Of a DNA stretch of 32,000 nt, positions 25,087 to 32,000 are shown piece by piece (the stretch's first letter is position 1; the number at the start of each line of letters is the position of its first letter). The DNA is from Vibrio vulnificus CMCP6 (GTDB lineage: Bacteria > Pseudomonadota > Gammaproteobacteria > Enterobacterales > Vibrionaceae). A program made the position numbers and the translations under genes. The notes under the pieces are model-generated. The model had not been told where the DNA came from. It worked only from the letters and a program-made list of their open reading frames with translations, and made no database searches. The DNA is taken from assembly GCF_000039765.1 (NCBI RefSeq), contig NC_004460.2, positions 840,001 through 872,000 of the forward strand, in the 5' to 3' direction.

Positions 25087-27969
25087 TCAAAACGATTCAA
25101 TACCAAGTTTGTTGAGTAAAGAAGGGAAGCCCCAACCATTTTCTCCGGCGACTACGCCTTCTCCCGTCAGGTATTCGTATAATGTTGGTGCGAGAGAACC
25201 ATTTTCCTCACTGGTTAAAGGCGTCGTATTGTTGCCAATTGGCGCCCCCCAAAAACCAATAAAGGCGTCTTTTTCAAGATAGCTTTCTCCAGCGTGTCTC
25301 CCTGGTACTTTGGTGTTGTAACCAACCCCTTCTTTGGGGAAAAGGTTGATGGTGCCCGCTCTTTCTTCCAAATAGAGGTGCGCCAACTGAACCACCGAAT
25401 CAGGTCGAGTCGTGAAGCGGGTTAGTGCTCGCCATTGCGCTTTATCACACCATGTTTCAGGGCGTTGGCTGTCAACGCCTAGGCAACGTTGGAGTGCTAG
25501 AGTGCGCTGCTTTTCTTCATCTTCACTCAATGTAGGCAAATAGGGATTAAGCGTAGACACCTCCAATAACGAAGGCTGACCTTTTGCTGCAAAATAGGCG
25601 TATTTCTCACCCACCTTCTCAACAAACTCGTCCACCCGCTTGCCGTCGCGAGTCGCGATGAGGCGAACTTTACAATGCTCAGCGCTACAAGCGGTTTCTC
25701 GCACAGCGAGATAATCTAAGCTGTCTGCCAAGGTTTTTACGCTCCAATCGACAATATCAATCATTGGCTCACTCCCTGCATTCACAGGACGCCATTGGGT
25801 CAACTCTTGATAAAGAGGCTGAGTTTGCCAGCTCTGGTTGGAATTGAAAAAGTCGAGCATAAAGTTTCCACCAGCAGTGGAGGCCACCACCACATCAACG
25901 CCTTTATTGGAGGGGAAATTCAGAGCATTGGTCATCTTCGGCCCTTCTCCCTCATCGGATGAAATCTTTCTCATCACCAGTGGATAGCCTAAAGTGCCTT
26001 GAAGTGGCTCGAATATCGCTTTCTCTGGGTTAAGCGTTCGGTAGACTGGAGACAGGCCATGATCGCCAGCCATTCCCCATAACGTTCTTTCGTAAACCCC
26101 TGCCTGTTGATAGGCGTTTTCTAACGCACCAAGCCAGTAATCGAGTCGATTAAGCTCACCCGTCGGCATGATGATTTCATCACTAAACGGGCCAACAAAG
26201 TGTGCGAAATGATCCGGCCATGGGTTGTACACTAAGGTGTAATCAGGCATCCCTTTCGCGTCAAGCTTGGAGAATGAGGTTAAATCTTGTTCAATTTTCC
26301 ACTTTCTCGTTAAACGTGTATAGATATCCCAAAACGGTATCTCTTGGTAATCCACAACATCTCGAATTAAATCACTGCGCATCTGCTGCAACACGACTTC
26401 CACTTTCGCCCGCTCATTAAGCTCGCGTAAACAACGTTTTTCGCCAAAATCACGCAGCGCTTCACCCGCCCCAAGATTCACCAGTCCATCATACGTGGTG
26501 TGCGCATTCCAGTCATACTGCGCGTTGCAATTGAGTGTTTTCAGATAAACCAAGCGGTCAAACATGGTTTGCACGCGATTTTTCTGCATGATGCGGTCAA
26601 GCTGCAGGGCATCATTACCAAAAAAGTAATAAGCGCGATCTTCATGGCGATCAACAAAGTGGAAGTTGGGAATGCCAGTGCCCCCCTCCCCTTCCACTCT
26701 TGCCCCCGTTTTGATGATAGGCAAATTCCTCACACTGATGGTTGGCGTTGAAGAGATGCCCACTCTGGCGATGGAGTCTTCATGGTTTTGGTATAAACGT
26801 TTGAAGAAAGGCAGATAATAAGGGTCTTGATACGGTTGTGTCGCAAGGGTTTGTAAAAAACGCATTTGCTGCTTGTGGGCAGGCTTCTGTCCATCTGGTC
26901 GCTGATCACTCCCCGCTTGCCACTCAAGATGTTTATCATAGGCCGTCGAGATAAACGGCTTATTTGGTGAAACCAACCCCTCCAACAAGCCTTGCTGTAG
27001 GCCATCCACCGTCACTTGCACTGCCAGTCGGCGTTGTTGCTGCGAAGCAAGAAAGGCCAGCAGAGCTTCGGGATCATCATCAAATGCTTCTTGCAGCCAA
27101 TGATCCAGCGCTTGCTGCCTTTCATCTTGATAGACAAACTGGCGATACGCTTTAAGTACATTGAGGCGAACGAAATCAATTAGGGTCACCGTAATCGCTT
27201 GTGCCTTATTGTTAACCTTGTTTTTGTGCTCCGGTTTCCCATCTTCGATAATGGCGTTGAGCGCATGTTTCATTTCGCCCTCATCCATCCCCGATGCCAC
27301 CTGCTGCAAAATATTCAGCACAATGGGTTCTATCTTCGTCACCAACGCTAGATCTTCCGCCGATTGTGTTAAGTAGCGATATTGTTCAGGGAGCGTTTCT
27401 TGATCTTGCCATTCGCCAATTTGTACCAATGCATCGTAAACCGTCACCAATGCAGCGATAAAATCACCATCCACTTTAATGCCTTCTTGGTGCGCTTGAT
27501 CTTTTTCATGTTGCTTGGTTTCGACCGACGTAGCGTGTTCCACTTGGAATAGCGAGTGTTGGAATCCGGTGAGTGCTTGTTTGTCGTACACTTGGAACAG
27601 ATAGTTGCGAAACTCATCCTCATTCCCCAAGCCGCTGTAACGGTCGTAGTATTGGTAAAGGAAGTAGCCTAGAGGAATGGCATAGCTGGGATCGGCAATC
27701 TGCTTCATCACTCGCGCTTTCACTGAGGTATCAAGAGGAAGCGTCAGAAGATAAGTTTCTAACGTCATTCCACCGATGGTAAATAGAGTGACATCACGGG
27801 CAAAACGCGTGGAGTAACTGAGCGATGAAACCACCTGATTTTTCAGCACTTCGCTGGAGTTAAACAGCCCACCGAACACAGGCGTATTTCCCACTTCCGC
27901 CAACAATGGGGCAGGTATCGCGCCAGCCGCTGATGCCAAAACTAACCCTATCGCCTTTGAGCGTAACAT
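25087..27969 (-). CDS. Large secreted alkaline-phosphatase-superfamily protein (type I phosphodiesterase / nucleotide pyrophosphatase-like core) with an N-terminal region of about 290 aa of unknown function
   Basis: 960 aa from MLRSKAIGLVLASAAGAIPAPLLAE (signal peptide; AAGGA upstream). The NPP/AP metal and nucleophile motifs occur in order: VQVTVDG, STPTISVRNLPIIKTG, GIPNFHFVD, NPWPDHFAHFVGP, MAGDHGL and a late PGRHAGE. The 35-codon extension in the track has no RBS and no signal peptide. Confidence 0.65.
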   Translation of the reverse strand: MLRSKAIGLVLASAAGAIPAPLLAEVGNTPVFGGLFNSSEVLKNQVVSSLSYSTRFARDVTLFTIGGMTLETYLLTLPLDTSVKARVMKQIADPSYAIPLGYFLYQYYDRYSGLGNEDEFRNYLFQVYDKQALTGFQHSLFQVEHATSVETKQHEKDQAHQEGIKVDGDFIAALVTVYDALVQIGEWQDQETLPEQYRYLTQSAEDLALVTKIEPIVLNILQQVASGMDEGEMKHALNAIIEDGKPEHKNKVNNKAQAITVTLIDFVRLNVLKAYRQFVYQDERQQALDHWLQEAFDDDPEALLAFLASQQQRRLAVQVTVDGLQQGLLEGLVSPNKPFISTAYDKHLEWQAGSDQRPDGQKPAHKQQMRFLQTLATQPYQDPYYLPFFKRLYQNHEDSIARVGISSTPTISVRNLPIIKTGARVEGEGGTGIPNFHFVDRHEDRAYYFFGNDALQLDRIMQKNRVQTMFDRLVYLKTLNCNAQYDWNAHTTYDGLVNLGAGEALRDFGEKRCLRELNERAKVEVVLQQMRSDLIRDVVDYQEIPFWDIYTRLTRKWKIEQDLTSFSKLDAKGMPDYTLVYNPWPDHFAHFVGPFSDEIIMPTGELNRLDYWLGALENAYQQAGVYERTLWGMAGDHGLSPVYRTLNPEKAIFEPLQGTLGYPLVMRKISSDEGEGPKMTNALNFPSNKGVDVVVASTAGGNFMLDFFNSNQSWQTQPLYQELTQWRPVNAGSEPMIDIVDWSVKTLADSLDYLAVRETACSAEHCKVRLIATRDGKRVDEFVEKVGEKYAYFAAKGQPSLLEVSTLNPYLPTLSEDEEKQRTLALQRCLGVDSQRPETWCDKAQWRALTRFTTRPDSVVQLAHLYLEERAGTINLFPKEGVGYNTKVPGRHAGESYLEKDAFIGFWGAPIGNNTTPLTSEENGSLAPTLYEYLTGEGVVAGENGWGFPSLLNKLGIESF

Positions 27970-28074
27970 AAACAGCTTTTCCTTAAGATTCTTAGTATTG
28001 GCTGATTGTGTCAGTCTATGAGCGAAGTGCAAGCTTGAGGCGTAAGCAAAAGTAAGACTCGGGGAGAGGCGCAC

Positions 28075-28096
28075 AAAAAAGCGGCATTACTGCCGC
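28075..28096 (-). terminator. Rho-independent terminator of the EIIC-EAL gene
   Basis: Stem GCGGCA (28081-28086) / TGCCGC (28091-28096) with loop TTAC. On the minus strand it is followed by T6 (plus-strand A6, 28075-28080). It begins 41 nt after the stop at 28137. Confidence 0.7.
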
Positions 28097-28136
28097 GATT
28101 AAGAGCAATGGATTAATAGCGATGAATGTCATGCGC

Positions 28137-30185
28137 TTACGAAGCGCGTAAACAATCTTGCTCAAACGTCAATGCAATCAACTGACTAAATGGCATCGGT
28201 TTGTAAAAATAGTACCCTTGGACAAGGTGTATCCCCAGTTGGGAGACAAAGTTCAGCTCAATTTCGGTTTCCACCCCTTCCACCACAATTTCTGCTCCAG
28301 TGGTTTTCACGATCTCAGTGGTCAAACGAAAGAGCTCTCTGCCCTTATGGTTATCCAGATTGAGCACCAACGAACGGTCGATTTTCACTTTGTCGAAATC
28401 GAACTTAGAGAGGTATCCTATGGATGAGTAGCCAGATCCAAAATCATCGAGTGCGATTTGTACCCCTTTCCCTCTGAGTTTGTCCAACACACGTTGTGTT
28501 TGTTTGGCATCCTGAATCAGCAGCTCTTCGGTGATCTCCAGTTCCACTTGATGAAAATCCAGAGCACTCTCTTCGATCATGTTAATTATACGACTGGCGA
28601 AATCCGCAACTAAACAAGTTTCTGGTGAGATGTTAATCGACACTTTGAAACACGGATTGCTCGCTAAAGGTGACACTTCACATAAAGCGGTCCTCACGAC
28701 CCATAAATCCAGCTCAGATGTGAGTCCTAACAAGCGAAAATCATTGAGGAAGTAAGGCGGTGTGATCTGCCCTGAATGGTCTTGATGACGGATCAACACT
28801 TCAACGGAGTTGATCTGCTGCTTATCCGTATCAAACTGCGGCTGGTAAAAGAGCACAAAGTCACCACTCAGTTTCAACTTCGCGACGCGCTGCTGTGCGG
28901 AAAATTTTTCCATCATTTCAGGAAACAATGCCCCCGCCGTTTTGCCGTTGTCCAACGCTTCATAGTCAAAAAAATCGTCCGAAGCGGATTTAAACAACGT
29001 GGTATCAGCGTTGGCTATTTGGTCCATACGACGAAAGAAGGGGTAATAAATCAGAATACCCGCCAAGATAATAATGGCTTGCAATAGAGTGGCAGAAAGA
29101 TGCCCTCCGGTTGCGATATAACCACTCCATAATGGGGGACTCATCCAGCTGATGATCTCTGACACTGGTGGTACTAGCCCAAATAACGTGGCGTAGTATG
29201 CGGTCACTAACCCTACAACCGGCACCAACAAGAAAGGGATGATCAAAATGGGGTTAAACATAATTGGCAAACCGAAGATCACCGGCTCATTGATATTGAA
29301 AATGCTTAATACCAATACCGCGATCCCTAGAGAACGATACGCTTTGTGCTTGGTGAGTAAAATCATGCAGATCACTAAGCTCAAGGTATTACCTGCGCCC
29401 CCCATTCCTGCATAAATGTCATAGAAGTTACTTGTCAGGATGGGGAGTTCACTCCCGGTTTGCGCACTCACCTGCAAAGCATTGTGAGTCAACTCATACA
29501 ACTCCGCTTTATAAGGTGCGAGCACGATATGGCCATTAATGCCAACACTCCAAAAGAGGTTTCTGACTACCTCATAAATCACACCGTGCGAAAGGCATTC
29601 GAGTGTCAACTTCGGCAATGCCCACTCTGAGAGATGGGGGAAATCAACTAACCACTCTAAGGCGTAACCTAATGAGGTGTAGAACAACACCAACAAGAAT
29701 GTCGAGAGCACGAGGTTAATTGACTGGTCGACAACGCTCGGAAGCTTGGATTGAACAAACCAATCGCGCTTGGAGACAAAACGAATCGACAAACTCACCA
29801 AGGTTGGGATGATGATCGCCAGAGGATAATTGCTTGGCACTATGGTGCCTACTTGCAACAAACCCCAGTTATGACAAATGACAAAATAGATCACCATGGC
29901 TGGCGTGATCACCGTGACTTTTGACAGCTTGTGCAACGAAGCGAGAAATAAACTGTAGTAAACCAGCAAAAGAATCGGGAAAAGGCGCCAGATAATATCA
30001 CTCGCGACCAAAACGTGCTCTGCGGCCTGAGTGTATCCAGTGATATTGAGCAGGTTACTGATCAAGATACTAAATGCAGAAATCAACGAGATTGGTAATA
30101 GCATGACAAATGTATTACATAACCCGTTTAAATAAGCATTGCTGGATAACGTTGTTAGAAGAGAAATTAAGGGTGATTTTTTCAT
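28137..30185 (-). CDS. PTS EIIC (lactose/cellobiose family) membrane domain fused to an EAL-domain c-di-GMP phosphodiesterase
   Basis: Residues 1 to about 385 match ChbC-type EIIC block by block (NLFWSVGINGH; GMGGAGNTLSLVI; LSIFNINEPVIFGLPIMFNPILIIPFLLVP..AYYATLFGLVPPV). Residues from about 440 to 668 form an EAL domain carrying QPQF, EVLIR, SINISP, ELEITE, DDFGSGYSS, KIDRS, EGVETE and QGYYF. Confidence 0.85.
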   Translation of the reverse strand: MKKSPLISLLTTLSSNAYLNGLCNTFVMLLPISLISAFSILISNLLNITGYTQAAEHVLVASDIIWRLFPILLLVYYSLFLASLHKLSKVTVITPAMVIYFVICHNWGLLQVGTIVPSNYPLAIIIPTLVSLSIRFVSKRDWFVQSKLPSVVDQSINLVLSTFLLVLFYTSLGYALEWLVDFPHLSEWALPKLTLECLSHGVIYEVVRNLFWSVGINGHIVLAPYKAELYELTHNALQVSAQTGSELPILTSNFYDIYAGMGGAGNTLSLVICMILLTKHKAYRSLGIAVLVLSIFNINEPVIFGLPIMFNPILIIPFLLVPVVGLVTAYYATLFGLVPPVSEIISWMSPPLWSGYIATGGHLSATLLQAIIILAGILIYYPFFRRMDQIANADTTLFKSASDDFFDYEALDNGKTAGALFPEMMEKFSAQQRVAKLKLSGDFVLFYQPQFDTDKQQINSVEVLIRHQDHSGQITPPYFLNDFRLLGLTSELDLWVVRTALCEVSPLASNPCFKVSINISPETCLVADFASRIINMIEESALDFHQVELEITEELLIQDAKQTQRVLDKLRGKGVQIALDDFGSGYSSIGYLSKFDFDKVKIDRSLVLNLDNHKGRELFRLTTEIVKTTGAEIVVEGVETEIELNFVSQLGIHLVQGYYFYKPMPFSQLIALTFEQDCLRAS

Positions 30186-30296
30186 TAGACCAGATTATTC
30201 CAAACACCAGGTCTTAAGGCATCTTTTCTTTATTTTTATAGAGAATTGAATTCCAAGACAAATTTAGAAGAATTAGCCACCTGAAATTCCATTTAA

Positions 30297-30335
30297 GTTC
30301 AACTGAAAACAGTAGAAAGTTGATCGTTCAACTGA
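30297..30335. repeat. 10-bp direct repeat GTTCAACTGA x2 plus an inverted partial copy AGTTGA, upstream of the EIIC-EAL gene
   Basis: GTTCAACTGA occurs at 30297-30306 and 30326-30335 (29-bp period). AGTTGA at 30318-30323 forms a dyad with each TCAACT. The cluster lies 112-150 bp upstream of the start codon at 30185. Confidence 0.6.
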
Positions 30336-30446
30336 GGCAAAATACATTCATCACTATTATTTCAATCCTTGTTGTATTTATATATAAAATAAACAAAAGA
30401 TAAATATGACAAGATGAACTATCATTCCAAATTATGACAACGCCAC

Positions 30447-30477
30447 AATTAGGGGCGTGAACATTACGCCCCTAATT
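30447..30477 (-). terminator. Hairpin downstream of the MscS-like gene (terminator candidate)
   Basis: Perfect 11-bp stem AATTAGGGGCG (30447-30457) / CGCCCCTAATT (30467-30477) with a 9-nt loop, 44 nt after the stop at 30521. The trailing U tract on the minus strand is weak. Confidence 0.4.
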
Positions 30478-30520
30478 TGGCATCGTCCATTCAAGATTTC
30501 AATCCTGACGATAGTGATTT

Positions 30521-31366
30521 TCAATTAATTGAACGAGGATAACATTCTTCATAGAGGGACATAAAATCTTGACGAATCAAGCTTTCAAGATGAACAGCCT
30601 TTTCCGTAGGACAGAAAATCATAAAATTCACCACTTGCTCGCCTGCGGCTGCGCTCGTGATATGAATATGAGGCTCTGCTCCTGGCAAATCAACGCCAGC
30701 GTGTTTTTCGATCATCGTATTATAACGTTTTGCAACGTCTAAAAAATAATGACAGTGTTCTTCGATTTTAATTTCTAAATCAGCCAGCAAAGGATAAAGA
30801 TTCACAAAATCCGGCACCACAATTGAAAAATGATGGTACACATAACGCTTCATAAAATTGAGGTTTTTTACCGGATAAGTAAAAAACATGCTATTCGGCA
30901 AGGTAATCGTCTTCCCTGTGTAATGATATTGCCCGTGATGCAAATCGATTTCTTGGATCACGGTCGCCATCATATTGTGATCTATCACTTCACCGGCAAT
31001 TTTTCCCACTTCAATCCAGTCGCCGACTCGGAAAGAGCGAGAACTGGCTCGCTGGATAGAACCGGTAAAACAGAGAATAATTTCTTTCGACGCCACCACA
31101 ATCGCAACGGCAATGGCGGTCACCGATAGCGCAAACTGGTTGATTTCCGATTGCCACAAAACAAACAGAATTAAGCTGGTGATGGCAAAGGCACCGTTTT
31201 TTGTCCGAGACATCCAACTGCGCTGCTTCTCGGTGATAAATGCCGCTTCCCCACGGATACGAGACAGCACTAACTGCCTAATCATGATAATGAACAGGAT
31301 GATCAGTGCGGTGAAAAAAAGCTTATGTTGAAGCAAGAAATCAATAACGAGCTGTAACTTTTGCAA
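30521..31366 (-). CDS. Small mechanosensitive ion channel family protein (MscS-like)
   Basis: 281 aa. Three N-terminal TM segments followed by the MscS beta-domain signature (FRVGDWIEVGKIAGEVIDHNMMATVIQEID). TTG start with AAGGA 6 nt upstream. Confidence 0.7.
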   Translation of the reverse strand: MQKLQLVIDFLLQHKLFFTALIILFIIMIRQLVLSRIRGEAAFITEKQRSWMSRTKNGAFAITSLILFVLWQSEINQFALSVTAIAVAIVVASKEIILCFTGSIQRASSRSFRVGDWIEVGKIAGEVIDHNMMATVIQEIDLHHGQYHYTGKTITLPNSMFFTYPVKNLNFMKRYVYHHFSIVVPDFVNLYPLLADLEIKIEEHCHYFLDVAKRYNTMIEKHAGVDLPGAEPHIHITSAAAGEQVVNFMIFCPTEKAVHLESLIRQDFMSLYEECYPRSIN

Positions 31367-31577
31367 CTTATGTCCTTAGATGTACTGCGATTCTGAGTTG
31401 GTGTCCAAGCGCCATCACTTTATAAAAAGCAAATCCAGAGCGCAATTTGCAGATGAAAAAACGTTAACCACTGGCGATTTCTAGCAAATATCACTCATTT
31501 ATAAGATAAGTAAGCGCAAAATAGAAAACACCTCAAGGGAAAGCTATGCGCCGTTTCCTCTGATTAACGTGAATGAT

Positions 31578-32000
31578 TTAACGGTATTTGGCTGAGGTAA
31601 TGAACTGACTGAAGGTTTCACACCAAACGATCGCCGTTGTGTAGTTTGCCACGTCAACATCACTTGGAATGGGCAGAATAAAGCGGTCAAATGTTTTGAC
31701 ATCTCCAACACGGACCAACTGCTCTTTGTTGGCTAAGAAGTCAGCTTCTGTCTCAATAAACGTTGGCGATAGATAAAGCTTATAGTCGGGACCTGGAGCG
31801 AGTTCACCCAAAAAAGCAATACTTTGCGCATCAATCACAAGCTTACCTTCTCCCCAATGTAAGAAATCGCTGTCAGCACGATCGCGGCTAAATTCCCCTT
31901 GATAACTTGGGGCAAGCATGACGCTTGCAACCGCCTGTTGAGAGGGGCTCGTAGGTTGAATCAAAATCGGCAGAAGATAAATCCCTAACCCAATACCACA
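31578..32000 (-). CDS. DM13-domain protein, N-terminus beyond the window edge
   Basis: The C-terminal 110 aa or so fit the DM13 pattern (GEF..HWGEGKLVI....IAFLGELAPGPDYKLYLSP). The frame stays open upstream of the track's TTG at 31964 through a hydrophobic segment (CGIGLGIYLLPILI) to base 32000. The true start and membrane anchor or signal are therefore outside the window. Confidence 0.6.
   Translation of the reverse strand, partial: CGIGLGIYLLPILIQPTSPSQQAVASVMLAPSYQGEFSRDRADSDFLHWGEGKLVIDAQSIAFLGELAPGPDYKLYLSPTFIETEADFLANKEQLVRVGDVKTFDRFILPIPSDVDVANYTTAIVWCETFSQFITSAKYR

Noticed and set aside
24200-30185. MBL hydrolase + NPP-like enzyme + EIIC-EAL as a single co-transcribed nucleotide-signalling operon
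   Set aside because: Each gene is followed by its own hairpin terminator (28075-28096, 24986-25009, 24151-24180) and preceded by its own RBS and spacer. Co-orientation alone does not support a functional unit, so I report the genes separately.
23834-30520. Genomic island integrated at the tRNA-Asn / tRNA cluster, covering the MBL, NPP-like and EIIC-EAL genes
   Set aside because: There is no integrase, excisionase or transposase. I could not find a direct repeat of a tRNA 3' end downstream. By eye, base composition and codon usage look like the rest of the window. Confirmation would need comparison with related genomes.
30186-30520. c-di-GMP riboswitch or other riboswitch in the long leader of the EAL gene
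   Set aside because: The region is strongly AT-rich and lacks the GC-rich paired helices and conserved loops of GEMM-type elements. Only short repeats are present.
31524-31563. 5-codon mini-ORF ATGCGCCGTTTCCTCTGA with an AAGGGAAAG RBS-like sequence between the DM13 and MscS-like genes
   Set aside because: It is too short to evaluate and lies on the strand opposite both neighbouring genes. It more likely overlaps a weak terminator region of the DM13 gene.

Overview
This window looks like an ordinary chromosomal segment of a Vibrio-like gammaproteobacterium. That assignment is an inference from the protein families, a GlyGly-CTERM sorting signal and the tRNA sequences. I support 20 protein-coding genes, two of them truncated by the window edges, plus one 3-gene tRNA operon (Ser-UGA, Phe-GAA, Asn-GUU) with a near-consensus promoter. 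Gene order, left to right: codA 3' end; a Lon-like protease with a large helical insertion; a small His/Cys-rich helical protein plus a permease-less double ABC ATPase; prolyl oligopeptidase; a lactate-utilisation cluster (LysR regulator, lldP, lldEFG, Fe-S/FAD Dld-II type D-lactate dehydrogenase); an HTH regulator; a VIT+vWA surface protein ending in a GlyGly-CTERM signal; an MFS(LplT-like)-acyltransferase fusion; a small lipase-like alpha/beta hydrolase; a small OM beta-barrel; the tRNAs; an MBL-fold hydrolase; a 960-aa secreted NPP/alkaline-phosphatase-superfamily protein; a PTS-EIIC::EAL fusion; an MscS-like channel; and a DM13-domain protein. I found no CRISPR array, integrase, transposase, rRNA or phage genes, and no obvious defence island. 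I cannot point to a convincing new multi-gene system. The items most worth a second look are the EIIC::EAL sensor-phosphodiesterase fusion, the GlyGly-CTERM VIT-vWA protein next to a lysophospholipid-recycling module, the Lon-like protease with degenerate Walker motifs, the expanded NPP-like enzyme, and several unexplained intergenic repeats and structures. Several longest-ORF calls in the supplied track are over-extended at the N-terminus, and I re-set those starts using RBS context.
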